From positions 181,474,001 through 181,533,935 of the forward strand of contig NC_091991.1 in NCBI RefSeq assembly GCF_044704955.1: DNA of 59,935 bases, given 5' to 3'. Each line of letters opens with the position of its first letter. The stretch's first letter is position 1. Shown one piece after another: positions 1 to 13,085 of the stretch. The position numbers were made by a program, and so were the translations under genes. The stretch comes from Pristiophorus japonicus (taxonomy: Eukaryota). A model generated the notes under the pieces. The model was not told the origin of the DNA. It did not search any database and worked only from the letters and a program-made list of their open reading frames with translations.

Positions 1-120
1 ACCTGTGACAGAGTCTGTGGCTCTCATATTGGACTGTTCAGCCACTAAAGAACTCACTTCATGAGTGGAAGCAAGTCTTCCTCGATTCTGAGGGACTGCC
101 TATGACAGTGATGATGATGA
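1..120 (+). mobile_element. RTE-clade LINE 3' end fragment
   Basis: Matches the 3' end of the RTE copy at 52275-52381 (ggactgttcagccac...gagtggaagcaagtcttcctcga...gagggactgcctatga) and ends in a (GAT)n tail. Confidence 0.75.
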
Positions 121-514
121 CATATGCAAGAGCTGAAAACAACAGCTCAGGGAAACAACAGGAAGAAGGAAGAAGCAACAGCTCAGGGGAACCGGTCGAA
201 GAAACACTTCCAAACAGCAAGTCACAAGGAACAACGACCACGAAGCAGGCAGCGGAGACCCAACACCTTCCCTAACTCCACGAGCCAACAATCGACAATA
301 GCAGAAACTGGCTGTATGGGTGATTGTATGTCTTCGATCAATCTCGAAGAAGTCTTGTTCTGTAATTTTGAGTTGTTTTTTGTGTAATAACCTAACAGTT
401 AGGTTTAAGCCTAAACTTTGCGTTATGTGGAGTCCTTCCTGTAATTCCTAAGGTCTATGGATCAAATAAAGTGGAAAAACGAACATCCTACAATATAATC
501 TGCTACAGTGTCGG

Positions 515-2977
515 TGTACACAATCCCCTACAGACAGTGACCCTGTATACAATCCCCTACAGACAGTGACCCTGGAAACAATCCCCGACAGTGACCCTGT
601 ATACAATCCCCTACAGACACTGACCCTGTATACAATCCCCTACAGACACTGACCCTGTATACAATCCCTACAGACACTGACCCTGTATACAATCCCCTAC
701 AGACACTGACCCTGTGTACAATCCCCTACAGACACTGACCCTGTGTACAATCCTCTACAGAGAGTGACCCTGTATACAACCCCTAGTGACCCTGTATACA
801 ATCCCCTACAGATACTGATCCTGTGTACAATCCCCTACAGACACTGACCCTGTATACAATCCCCTACAGACACTGACCCTGTATACAATCCCCTACAGAC
901 ACTGACCCTGTGTACAATCCACTACAGACACTGACACTATGTACAATCCCCTACAGACACTGACCCTGTATACAATCCCCTACAGACACTGACCCTGTGT
1001 ACAACCCCTCACAGACACTGACCCTGTATACAATCCCCAACAGACACTGACCCTGTATACAATCCCCTACAGTGACCCTGTAGACAATCCCCTACAGACA
1101 CTGACCCTGTATACAATCCCCTACAGACACTGACCCTGTATACAATCCCCTACAGACACTGACCCTGTATACAATCCCCTACAGACACTGACCCTGTATA
1201 CAATTCCCTGCAGACACTGACCCTGTGTACAATCCCCTACAGACAGTGACCCTGTGTACAATCCCCTACAGACACTGACCCTGTATACAATCCCCGACAG
1301 ACAGTGACCCTGTATACAATCCCCTACAGACACTGACCCTGTATACAACCCCTACTGACACTGACCCTGTGTGCAATCCCTCACAGACACTGACCCTGTG
1401 TACAATCCCCTACAGACACTGACCCTGTGTACAATCCCCTACAGACACTGACCCTGTGTACAATCCCCTACAGACACTGACCCTGTGTACAATCCCCTAC
1501 AGACACGGAACCTGTGTACAATCCCCTACAGACACTGACCCTGTGTACAATCCCTCACAGACACTGACCCTGTGTACAATCCCCTACAGACACTGAACCT
1601 GTATAAAATCCCCTACAGACACTGACCCTGTGTACTACCCCTCACAGACACTGACCCTGTATACTACCCCTCACAGACACTGACCCTGTGTACTACCCCT
1701 CACACACACTGACCCTGTATACAATCCCCTACAGACACTGACCCTGTGTACTACCCCTCACAGACACTGACCCTGTGTACTACCCCTACAGACACTGACC
1801 CTGTGTACTACCCCTCACACACACTGACCCTGTATACAATCCCCTACAGACACTGACCCTGTGTACTACCCCTACAGACACTGACCCTGTGTACTACCCC
1901 TCACACACACTGACCCTGTATACAATCCCCTACAGACACTGACCCTGTGTACAATCCCCTACAGACACTGACCCTGTGTACAATCCCCTACAGACACTGA
2001 CCCTGTGTACAACCCCTCACAGACACTGACCCTGTGTACAATCCCCTACAGACACTGACCCTGTATACAACCCCTACTGACACTGACCCTGTGTGCAATC
2101 CCTCACAGACACTGACCCTGTGTACAATCCCCTACAGACACTGACCCTGTGTACAATCCCCTACAGACACTGACCCTGTGTACAATCCCCTACAGACACT
2201 GACCCTGTGTACAATCCCCTACAGACACGGAACCTGTGTACAATCCCCTACAGACACTGACCCTGTGTACAATCCCTCACAGACACTGACCCTGTGTACA
2301 ATCCCCTACAGACACTGAACCTGTATACAACCCCTACTGACACTGACCCTGTGTGCAATCCCTCACAGACACTGACCCTGTGTACAATCCCCTACAGACA
2401 CTGACCCTGTGTACAATCCCCTACAGACACTGACCCTGTGTACAATCCCTCACAGACACTGACCCTGTGTACAATCCCCTACAGACACAGAACCTGTGTA
2501 CAATCCCCTACAGACACTGACCCTGTGTACTACCCCTCACACACACTGACCCTGTATACAATCCCCTACAGACACTGACCCTGTGTACTACCCCTCACAG
2601 ACACTGACCCTGTGTACTACCCCTACAGACACTGACCCTGTGTACTACCCCTCACACACACTGACCCTGTATACAATCCCCTACAGACACTGACCCTGTG
2701 TACTACCCCTACAGACACTGACCCTGTGTACTACCCCTCACACACACTGACCCTGTATACAATCCCCTACAGACACTGACCCTGTGTACAATCCCCTACA
2801 GACACTGACCCTGTATACTACCCCTCACAGACACTGACCCTGTGTACTACCCCTACAGACACTGACCCTGTATACTACCCCTCACAGACACTGACCCTGT
2901 GTACTACCCCTCACAGACACTGACCCTGTGTACTACCCCTCACAGACACTGACCCTGTGTACTACCCCTCACAGACA
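515..2977. repeat. 29-bp minisatellite, ~85 copies (ACAATCCCCTACAGACACTGACCCTGTRT)
   Basis: Direct tandem periodicity of 29 bp with variant units. Confidence 0.97.
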
Positions 2978-3024
2978 GGTGATGGAGGCCATGTTTCTGG
3001 CCTGTCAGGCCCTCACTCACTCAC

Positions 3025-3081
3025 CTGTCCGATTGCCAGCAGGAGTGCTGCCCACAGAAGGAGGCCGCGGGGCCCCGGCAT
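3025..3081 (-). CDS. Probable first coding exon encoding a signal peptide (MPGPRGLLLWAALLLAIGQ); candidate ERN1/ERN2 (IRE1), rest of gene left of the window
   Basis: GCCATG start, 19 codons with basic N-region and hydrophobic core, strong CAG|GTGAGT phase-0 donor, immediately downstream of a CpG island. The gene identity is inferred only. Confidence 0.6.
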
Positions 3082-3400
3082 GGCCTGGCGGCTCGGTTAG
3101 CAGCGCGGCCAGGCTGTGAGGCGCCCGGGCCTGACGGACGGCTCGCTCGCGCGCGCGCCTCAGCGGACAAGCCGCACACATCCGGTGCGCGCCTCCCGCC
3201 CCCGCGGGCTCCGCCGATTGGTTGAGAATCGCGGCGCTCCGGACGTCCGGGTAGCTGATTGGTGCGTTGCAAGCTCGTTCGCCGGCCGTCCAATGAAAGG
3301 GAGCTGCGAGCTGATTGGCTGGTGTGCGGGTATCTGTGGCTGCCCCCAATCAGAGGCGCGGCCTGCGAAGCGAAAGTGAGGACTCGCTGACACGTGGAGC
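3082..3400 (-). promoter_or_regulatory. CpG-island promoter with five CCAAT boxes, a GC box, an ERSE-like element and a CACGTG box
   Basis: CCAAT/ATTGG at 3217, 3258, 3290, 3314 and 3346; CCCGCCCC at 3195; CACGTG at 3391; high CpG density. Confidence 0.75.
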
Positions 3401-3599
3401 TGTTGTGTCTGTAAATGTTGCAGAGGCTGGTTCTTTGTTGCTTCCTGATCGGGGAGTATGCAGCGTTTGCACAGGCTGATTGAATTGTGCATGCAGCGTG
3501 TGTACACACAAGGAGCAAGAATCCCACAGAAACACAAAACACTGCCAATGAAACCCACTAATACAGAACAGAAAAGGTTGAGGGGACATTTGCTAGACT

Positions 3600-4010
3600 G
3601 TGCATGATTTTGAACACCTCAGAGTCAGATGGAGAGAGACTGTTCTCTCATTGGCAAAAGTGTCAAGAACCAGAGGACGCAGATATTAGGTGATTGGCAA
3701 AAGATCCAAAGGTGACATGAAAAACTTTACAAAAGCGAGTTGTTCCATTCTGGAATACACTGAAAGGCAGATTTACTCGTGGCTTTCAAAAGGGAATTGG
3801 ACACGTAGCTGAAGGAAAACAACTTGCAGGGTTATGGGGCAGGGGCAGTGGTATGGTTAGCCGTGGTGCTCTTGCGGAGAGCAGGCACAGGCTCAATGGG
3901 CCGAATGGCCTTTTATGCTGTAACCATTCTATAATTCTTAACAGGAGAAGGCCATTCAGCCTCTAGAGCCTGTTCCACCATTCAATCAGATCATGGCTGA
4001 TCTGTACCTG
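3600..4010. mobile_element. Degenerate CR1 LINE 3' fragments (one plus, one short minus)
   Basis: Similar to the CR1 3' ends elsewhere in the window (ggctc..gggccgaatggcct and its reverse complement). Confidence 0.65.
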
Positions 4011-4639
4011 TTCCATAGACTGAATGGCCCACTCTTCTTCCTCAGTTCCACTACATGGCATCTTCAGTCAGGTCATGCAATAATGGGTGGAAGACCATCC
4101 CATCCGTCCAAACAGTATTCGGTGATGCTCCACATAGACCCGTAACAGAAGACAGCACAAATCTAATACTGTAAAGTAACAAACTTTAATTGGCAATAAA
4201 GACTAGTCTTTAGAATTAAACATTGGGCTAACTAATGGTCAGCACTAAAATCGGAAGCAGTGCAACTCTAAAACCAAGTCAACTCCCTCATTTCAACAGA
4301 TATCGGTGTGCTTGAATCATGCATTCCGCAAGTTAAGTGGTATTAAAAGCTGCATGACCGTTTACATTCTTTTAACCCACAGTATCAGTTTGTGCATGTG
4401 GAAAATTCCATAAGTGAAGGATTTTTTTTGTAAAAAGATGGTATATTATATTGCACCTCCTTTCATGGTTATCAGGTCTCCCAAGATCTATAAACATATC
4501 AGAAACTCATCAAAACATTTCACAACTTTTAATTTATCTATTTATACTCATCCAAGTAAGGATATCAGTGATTACAAACTGCACACTATTCCACTTATTG
4601 CCACTAGTGCCTGAATCCAGTACTAGTACAGTACAGAGT

Positions 4640-5187
4640 GAAGCTCCCGCCACACTATCCCAAACACTCCCAGGGCAGGTACAGCACGGGTTAGATACAG
4701 AGTAAAGCTCCCTCTACACTGTCCCATCAAACACTCCCAGGGCAGGTACAGCACGGGTTAGATACAGAGTAAAGCTCCCTCTACACTGTCCCATCAAACA
4801 CTCCCAGGGCAGGTACAGGGGGTTAGATACAGAGTAAAGCTCCCTCTACACTGTCCCATCAAACACTCCCAGGGCAGGTACAGGGGGTTAGATAGAGTAA
4901 AGCTCCCTCTACACTGTCCCATCAAACACTCCCAGGGCAGGTACAGGGGGTTAGATACAGAGTAAAGCTCCCTCTACACTGTCCCATCAAACACTCCCAG
5001 GGCAGGTACAGCACGGGTTAGATACAGAGTAAAGCTCCCTCTACACTGTCCCATCAAACACTCCCAGGGCAGGTACAGCACGGGGTTAGATACAGAGTAA
5101 TGCTCCCTCTACACTGTCCCATCAAACACTCCCAGGGCAGGTACAGCACGGGGTTAGATACAGAGTAAAGCTCCCTCTACACTGCCC
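4640..5187. repeat. ~67-bp tandem repeat, ~8 copies (GGGTTAGATACAGAGTAAAGCTCCCTCTACACTGTCCCATCAAACACTCCCAGGGCAGGTACAGCAC)
   Basis: Direct periodicity; the same unit recurs at 9945-10762 (inverted) and 14885-15058. Confidence 0.95.
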
Positions 5188-6804
5188 CAATGGTTCATGT
5201 CAGCCAGAAAATTCTAAAAGTGAATGGATGGCACAATCACTCGGTCTCTGATAAGAAGTTTGCAGGGTTGAGAACTATCTCCCTTTTGCAACAACTCAAA
5301 TATAAGCGAGAAACCTACACAGCACACAAGGTGAAAAGCTGCACAATTTCTGTATGAAGTGAAAGATACTGGTTGGGTTTGCAAAATTGTTCGGTGATCT
5401 ATTCTAGTTTCAAAATTACTGAAAAGTTTGCTGTGAAGGTTTTTTTTTTTGGGGGGGGGGGGGGGGAGAAAAGAGGGGAAGAGAGAAAGAGTTAGGGTTA
5501 GTTTTGTAGTTATTTAAAAACATGCAATTGCATTTTACTCACAGTTCAACTTACTACACCTGTCCCAGCCCTGTGCACACTACTAACTTTACATTGAGGC
5601 CTTGGATAGACAGGACAACCTACTTAAGAGAAGAGGTGATTATGGCACTGGAGTGAGGAGACTTCAATCCCGAAGCATTAAAAATAACCTGAACACTTTC
5701 TCCTCAATCAGCTTCCCATCAGGGGCACCAGGCCATCCACCTGGAACAAGCGGGCTCAATACAGAAGGGGCAAAAAAAGCAAAGTTTTTGAACTTCTAGA
5801 CAAAGCTGAAATGCTTTTTGACTCCTTCCCCCCCCTCCACCCCCCAGAAACAAAGCAGAGAAGCGGAAATGGTCATGCAGCTTTAAATTGGTACCGCGTT
5901 ATGGCAACAGGGTGAAGTCACTCGTCGCACAGTGTTGTCACATGGTTCACCCAAATAATGATTTCTTTGGCCCCCCAACACAAATTAGTGGAAGTTACAG
6001 TGGGTTCTGCTTAACTGCATAGTGTTGGGCCTGGGAAATGTCATTATGCAATTAACTCACACAGTCAGTCAGTCAGAGAACATGATGGCAGACACACAGA
6101 ATTCAGTGCGCGCCATTTCCTGTGTGCTCTCGCTTTTTCCGGGCCCTTGCAGACAAGGCAAGTGGGAACGGCCGTTGGGGCAGCGTGCACGCAAGTAAAG
6201 GGCGACTGGGGAAAAGATATTTAAATACAAGGCAACCGATCGTAAAACGTCCTGAGAACAGACGCATGATGCAAGCTTGTTTATAGAAATAAACATTCCA
6301 CAGTTAAGCTTTGTACAAGGTCGGTGTAACAGATCCACACGCAGGTGATAGGGGGGGAGCGGGCGGCCGACCGAGAAGAGGAGCACAAGTGGAGCCCCAC
6401 TGTGCTGTATGACCCAGACGCCGCTCTGGGTGGATGTTAAAAACAAGCCTAGGTTGGGAGGTTAGCCACGTTACAGCAGATATAATAAAATGCTTTTAAT
6501 GCATCTCCTGCAGATAATTGTGGCTCTTACAGAACTTCCTGAATAATTTGTAGTTTTCCTTCTTCGAAACGGTGTGTTTTTTGTTAAGTTTGAAGTTCAC
6601 AGGTTGGACACACCACCTCCAGCTCCTGGTGAGGATCTTCAACGCATTTAAAAAAAAAATCTATTTATCATTGACGACATCTTCCAAGGTTTGGGAAGGG
6701 GGTGGGGAGGAAGAATTACAATCCAGTACGAGAGAGTTCCAATCAATCTGTTTTATAGTCCTTTGGTTTCAGTCTATCCTTCACTGCCAGAGGTGGAGGC
6801 ACAT

Positions 6805-6915
6805 TCAAAAATACTGCCACTTCCCCAGGACCGTATCTTTGATTGCATCAACGTACTGTGAAGGCACCCAATAAACCCAATAATATGAGGCTTCAGTGGG
6901 ACCCAGCTGAAATGC
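6805..6915 (-). CDS. UBFD1: UBFD1 exon 7 (AFQLGPTEASYYWVYWVPSQYVDAIKDTVLGKWQYF*)
   Basis: tctttccag acceptor, TGA at 6807-6805; recognisable vertebrate UBFD1 C-terminus. Confidence 0.95.
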   Translation of the reverse strand, partial: AFQLGPTEASYYWVYWVPSQYVDAIKDTVLGKWQYF

Positions 6916-7985
6916 CTGGAAAGAGAAAGGAACATGTGTGAGGGGAGATCGGAACTGTATCAGCAACACATCTCTAACCAACATCTGGCCCTCTTTAAAG
7001 CCACAGAAATAAGAGGCTTGTATTTATACATCATCCCATGTTCTCACACAAACCATTTCCCATGCACTGAATTACCTTGCCGTGCAACAACTGCAGTGGT
7101 GCAGGAAAACACTGCACGCAGTTTGCAAAGAGCACAATTCCCCAGACACCAATGTGATGAATGACCAGTTGCTTTGTTCTTCCAATAGTGGTGTGGGATC
7201 TTTTACTTCCGTCTGAACCACTTGAATATTTTAAATCGAGGCTCCTGTTTAACGTCTTAACCACAATGAGCAGCAAATCCATTCCCGTCGCCCAACCCAA
7301 AAATCAGGACCAATACAGTATTTCCCCCCCCCCCTGCCTCCACCCCGAATCGTGCACTGGAAATAAAACTTGCACTTAGAAGCAGCTTTTCTTCCCCCAC
7401 TCTGCCCTTCATTTTACAATCTAAAGGCTTTCAAAAACCAATCTTGGTGCCACCTAGGTACTGCTTTCTGACTCCATTTTTCTGAAACTTGGTTGCTCAA
7501 GAGTGGGACTGAGTCTCTCTCCAGTCTTTCCTTTCCCTCGCAATGAGGCTGCGCCCAGGAGTTTGGATGTGGTGGGAGTGCGTTGGAGCTGCCGTCAATT
7601 GTAGCACCATTCATGCGAGTTTTTATACTGAGAATGTGGGCGCTGAATGGCGATTGAGGCAGAATGGTCACTGGCCAGGAACACAATGTCATTCATTACA
7701 GATCAGCAGGAGAGAGCTTAGAGTTTCTGATGATGCGAACAGCTTCTCGCTCGTGAGCTGTGAGGGTCTGCAGCTCAGGCCATGCGGAAAGGCTGCGGTG
7801 GTGCACATGTTCCCCCCCACTGCAGAATGGTATCACTGGGAATTGTCCACGCGCCTATGCAGTCATAGGGTACAGGGAGGCGAAGAAAAAAGGGATGGCA
7901 AAAGCTAGCTCGTGCAGAAAATTCACTCCTGTGCATTGCCCTTACGATTGTAACTATGGTATATTCAGCATTGGCTCGGCTTCCT

Positions 7986-8600
7986 GGAGTATAAGAGTAA
8001 GGAAGTCTTGCTCCAATTGTACAGGGCCTTGGTGAGCCAACACCTGGAGATTGTGCACAGTTTTGCTCACCTTATCTAAGGAAGGATATACTTGCCTTGG
8101 AGGCGGTACAACGGAGGTTCACCAGACTGATTCCTGGGATGAGGGACTGTCTTATGAGGAGAGATTGTGTAGAATGGGCCTATACTCTCTGGGGTTTAGA
8201 AGAATGAGAAGTAATCTCATTGAAACATACAAGATTCTGAAGGGGTTTGACAGGGTAGATGTTGAGAAGTTGTTTCCCCCGGGCTGGAGAGTCTAGAACC
8301 AGGGGTCACAGTCTCAGGATAACAGGTCGGCCATTTAAGACTGAGATGGAGGAGGAATTTCTTCACTCAGAGGGGGGTGAATCTTTGGAATTCTCTGCCC
8401 CAGAGGGCTGTGGAGGCTGAGTCTCTGAATATATTCAAGGCTGAGAGCAATAGATTTTTGGGGTATAGGGGAATCAAAGGATTTGGGGACAGTGCAGGAA
8501 AGTGGAGTTGAGGTTGGTGATCAACTGTGATCTTATTGAATAGCAGTGCAGGTTCGACGGGCCATAGGGCCTACTCCTGCTCCTAGTTCTTGTTATGTTC
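7986..8600 (+). mobile_element. 5'-truncated CR1 LINE
   Basis: RT C-terminal peptides (YEERLCRMGLYSL, LIETYKILKG) and CR1 3'UTR. Confidence 0.85.
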
Positions 8601-9103
8601 CCAGCGCCCCCCACCCCCTCTGAGGTACTGCAAGGATCTGTCCTTGGCCCACACTTACTAACCCACCTGCTGCCCCTCCGCAACATCATTCGAAGACATG
8701 GGGTCAGCGTCTAAAGTCTCTCTCTGTCACACACCATGCCTTACCGTCCCCTCCCTGGCCACCATCAATTTGAACCAGACTGCAACCTCAACCTCCAAGC
8801 CAAGCGTCCCACATCCTCTCGGTCACAAAAACCGCCTTCTTCCACCTCCACACCATCCCCCGCTCCACACCATCCCCAGCCCACCCGCTGCCAAAACCCT
8901 CATCCCGTGGTTTTGTTGTTCGAGATTCCGCGGCCGGCATCCCATCCTCCACAAACATCCAAAACTCTGCTGCCTGGAACCCATCCACCATCAAGTCATG
9001 CTCAACCCTCACACCTTCCCGTGCCACTATTCAGACACACTGTCCCTCTCCATATTTCACAGTTGCTGACTTGTCAGAAGGCACAGTCGGCCTCAGAACT
9101 CAC

Positions 9104-9186
9104 CATCATGTGATAATCTTCATGTCCTTCAATAGGTTCAGTGATCACATTTTTGATAGAGCCCATAGGGATTTTCTCTGTTCTCT
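9104..9186 (-). CDS. UBFD1: UBFD1 exon 6 ((E)RTEKIPMGSIKNVITEPIEGHEDYHMM)
   Basis: 83 nt, tttaaacag acceptor, GTGAG donor, in phase with the neighbouring exons. Confidence 0.95.
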
Positions 9187-9749
9187 CTGTTTAAAAATAA
9201 GACACAACAGTCACCAATCATAGAATCTTGCAGCACTGAAGGAGGCCATTCAGCCCAACGTGCCTGTGCCGGCTCTGAAAAAGTTAGCCAATTTGTCCCA
9301 CTCCGCCCACAGCCAATATTCCCGCATTTTTCTTTTGGTGTGTGGTCCCTTTAACGGGCTGCATGGCCCATTTAGATTTTCACACCTGCGGGGTTTTGCG
9401 TATTGAAAAGCCGGTGAGCAGCCTGCATGGGACTTCCAGGCGGCAGCTTGGTGGGAACGCTGTCAATAGCCCTGCAATTTTCCCCTTTCAAGTTTTTATC
9501 CAATTCCTTTGTGAGGGAGGAGAGGGAATCAGCTACAACAAAGGCCACAACACTACATCCTGTGGGCACCAGAGAAGAGAGCACAGGCCAGGCGCCTTCC
9601 CCCGCAACAACTTGCATTGATATAGCGCCTCATGACTCCTCGCCCTCAGAGGCTGAGCGAACTATAGCGAACCAGCGAGTATCATTCTATACATGCTGGG
9701 TTGCAAAGACTTATGATTTAAAGGAACATGCGCCGTCTGTAAAACTCAC

Positions 9750-9855
9750 CCTTGGTTCCAATCCAGAGCTGGTCCTGCTCCAGTTTGAAGGTTAACCTTA
9801 CTTTTCCACTGGTCTTGTTGTACATGCCAGCTAACGGTACACTCGGTAAGCGTTC
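9750..9855 (-). CDS. UBFD1: UBFD1 exon 5 (ERLPSVPLAGMYNKTSGKVRLTFKLEQDQLWIGTK)
   Basis: 106 nt, ctctgcag acceptor, GTGAG donor. Confidence 0.95.
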
Positions 9856-9944
9856 CTGCAGAGAGCAGCAGTTAGCAACACAGCAGCGAGCAGGCAACCA
9901 AAGAATCACATACACCAGCGACATTCGACGACCGAGGCAGTGAT

Positions 9945-10762
9945 AGAGGGAGCTTTACTCTGTATCTAACCCCGTGCTGTACCTGCCCTGGGAGTGTTTG
10001 ATGGGACAGTGTAGAGGGAGCTTTACTCTGTATCTAACCCCGTGCTGTACCTGCCCTGGGAGTGTTTGATGGGACAGTGTAGAGGGAGCTTTACTCTGTA
10101 TCTAACCCCCTGTACCTGCCCTGGGAGTGTTTGATGGGACAGTGTAGAGGGAGCTTTACTCTGTATCTAACCCCGTGCTGTACCTGCCCTGGGAGTGTTT
10201 GATGGGACAGTGTAGAGGGAGCTTTACTCTGTATCTAACCCCCTGTACCTGCCCTGGGAGTGTTTGATGGGACAGTGTAGAGGGAGCTTTACTCTGTATC
10301 TAACCCCCTGTACCTGCCCTGGGAGTGTTTGATGGGACAGTGTAGAGGGAGCTTTACTCTGTATCTAACCCCCTGTACCTGCCCTGGGAGTGTTTGATGG
10401 GACAGTGTAGATGAAGCTTTACTCTGTATCTAACCCCGTGCTGTACCTGCCCTGGGAGTGTTTGATGGGATAGTGTAGAGGGAGCTTTACTTTGTATCTA
10501 ACCCGTGCTGTACCTGCCCTGGGAGTGTTTGATGGGACAGTGTAGAGGGAGCTTTACTCTGTATCTAACCCCCTGTACCTGCCCTGGGAGTGTTTGATGG
10601 GACAGTGTAGATGGAGCTTTACTCTGTATCTAACCCCATGCTGTACCTGCCCTGGGAGTGTTTGATGGAACAGTGTAGAGGAAGCTTTACTCTGTATCTA
10701 ACCCCCTGTACCTGCCCTGGGAGTGTTTGATGGGACAGTGTAGAGGGAGCTTTACTCTGTAC
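9945..10762. repeat. ~65-68-bp tandem repeat, ~12 copies, reverse complement of the 4640-5187 unit
   Basis: Direct periodicity (agagggagctttactctgtatctaacccc...). Confidence 0.95.
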
Positions 10763-10969
10763 ATGGTCCAAGAGTTTTTATTGACAGTAAATGATCAGCG
10801 CCGATGGTGTTGGCCGATTACTCCGACTGTCTTCAGCTTCCATGTGTCCTCAATCTGCCGGAGGCTCCGGGGGTCTAAAAAGGCCTCGCATCAAATTGGC
10901 AACAGGAAGTCCTCTTTTATTGGAGGCTCTTGGACAGCATGTCCTGGAATGCCATGGATTGCATCTCTG

Positions 10970-11170
10970 GCTCACGGGATCTTTCACATCCACCGCAGAG
11001 GGCAGACGGGGCCTCGGTTTAATGTCTCATCCCAAAGACGGCAGCTCCAACAGTGCAGTACTGGGAGTGTCAGCCTTGGTTATAAACTCGAGTCTCTGGA
11101 GTGGGACTTGAACCTATGACCTTCTGACTCACAGGCGAGTGTGCCACCCTCTGAGCCACGGCTGGCACCT
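10970..11170 (-). mobile_element. tRNA-derived Deu-domain-like SINE, 5' part
   Basis: Pol III B-box-like GGTTCAAGTCCC on the minus strand; body homologous to 18272-18900. Confidence 0.7.
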
Positions 11171-11232
11171 CAAGTGCAGAAGCAGCACGGAAATTTGAGC
11201 AGGCACAGCGAACGCTGACTGCAGCTGCTTAC

Positions 11233-11298
11233 CTTAACACCTTTAATGGATGGCATGATGTCCTCTGGTTTCCCTTTGTCTAATACTTTCCTGTGTTG
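11233..11298 (-). CDS. UBFD1: UBFD1 exon 4 (QHRKVLDKGKPEDIMPSIKGVK)
   Basis: 66 nt, tttttag acceptor, GTAAG donor, phase 0/0. Confidence 0.95.
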
Positions 11299-11829
11299 CT
11301 AAAAATAAACCACAGAACAAGTCAGCCAATGCAGAGAGGGCACGAATCCACATTTAGCAAGCTCACTGGCAGAACGCCCGTCTGAAAATATTGTCCAGTA
11401 ACAGAATGTTTGTGTTTTACAGCATTCTCGCCGGCATTCAACAGCGCCCCCTCCTGGGAACTGTCGGAACACCACGTACAGAAGCACAAAAGGTTCATTT
11501 GGTCAATCCCAAAGTTGAATAATTCACACATACGGTTTCCCAAATGCTACCCACACCAAAAAAACTATCCAACTCCCTCAAGTTCCCCCACACGATTCCC
11601 GCCACCATCTCCCCCAGGCAGGCTGGTCCCCCTCGTTCGCCATCGGAGTAGAGTCGTTCGATCAGAACATCTCTTCACCTTCCCCCAAGCTGGGGCCCGG
11701 GCCCCAGCCACAGAGCTTGTGCTTTACTGGGGTTCCGTTTATCCGTACCCCTTACAAATCGAAGCCTTCAATAAAGCTCAACCACTTGGGACTGAGATGA
11801 GGGGCAATTTCTTCACAGAGGGTTGTGGA

Positions 11830-13085
11830 CAGTACTAAAACAGCTGATCAAAATCACAAATGACATGCTTTGTGACTGTGACAAAGGCAAACTATCCCGT
11901 CTGCAGCCTTTGACACGGTTGACCATGCTATCCTCCTCCAACGCCTCTCCACCATCGTCCAGCTGGGTGGGACTGCACTCGCCTGGTTCCATTCTTATCT
12001 ATCTAATCGTAGCCAGAGAATCGCCTGCAATGGCTTCTCTTCCCGCCCCCGCATTGTCACCTCTGGTGTCCCCCAAGGATCTATCCTTGGTCCCCTTCTA
12101 TTTCTCATCTACAGGTTGCCCCTTGGCGAAATAATCCGAAAACACAGCGTCAGTTTCCACATGTACGCTCATGACACCCAGCTCTACCTCACCCCCACTT
12201 CTCCCGACCCCTCCACGGTCTCTAAATTGTCAGACTGCTTGTCCGACATCCAGTTGTGCACGAGCAGAAATGTTCTCCAATTGAATATTGGGAAGTCTGA
12301 AGCCATTGTTTTCGGGCCCCGCCATAAACTCTGTTCCCGAGACACTGACTCCATCCGAGGCTGAAGCAGACTGCTGGTGTCAAAAATTACCCTGAAATGA
12401 GCTTTCGCCCACATATCCGCAGCATAACTAAGACCGCCTATTCCCACCTTTAACATCGCCCGTCTCCGCCCCCTGCCTCAGCTCATCTGCTGAAACCCTC
12501 ATCCATGCTTTTGTTCCCTCTAGACTTGACTATTCCAATGCACCCTTGGCTGGCCTCCTACATTTTATCCTACGTAAACCAGAGGTGATCCAAAACTCGG
12601 CTGCCCGTGTCCTAACGCGTACCAAGTTCCGCTCACCCATCACCCCTGTGCTCGCTGACCTACATTGGCTCCCGATTAAGCATTGCCTCGATTTCAAAAT
12701 TCGCATTCTTGTTTTCAAATCCCTCCATGGCCTCGCCCCCCCATCTCTAATCTCCTTCACCCCCCCCCCCCCATCTCTAATCTCCTTCTCCTTCTCCTTC
12801 TCCTCCTTCTCCTTCTCCTTCTCCTTCTCCTTCACCACCCCCCCCCCCCACCCCCCTCCTCCCAGAGATGTCTGTGCTCCTCTAATTCTGCCCTCTTGAG
12901 AATCCCTGATTATAATCGCTCAACTATTGGTGGCAGTGCCTTCTGTTGCCTGGGCCCTAAGCTGTGGAATTTCCTGCCTAAACCTCTCCACCTTTCTTAC
13001 CTCCTTCAAGACGCTCTTTAAAACCTACCCCTTTGACCAAGTTTTTGGTCACCTGCCCTAATTTCTCATTATGCTCCCCAGTGTC
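11830..13085 (+). mobile_element. L2-clade LINE, 5'-truncated and degenerate
   Basis: Peptides HMYAHDTQLYL, LNIGKSEAIVFG and ITPVLADLHWLP, typical of the L2 RT C-terminus; frameshifted. Confidence 0.85.

Noticed and set aside
124-387. 87-aa ORF
   Set aside because: Low complexity, no recognisable domain or splice support.
4184-4190. ATTAAA on the minus strand as the UBFD1 polyadenylation signal
   Set aside because: Plausible, with a GT-rich downstream tract, but other candidates exist (e.g. ~6495) and there is no transcript evidence.
4640-10762. Hammerhead ribozyme / retrozyme in the 67-bp unit
   Set aside because: No CUGANGA plus GAAA core on either strand.
11095-11170. tRNA gene
   Set aside because: The tRNA-like boxes run directly into a SINE body; the same applies at 18880, 21200, 38070 and 44020.
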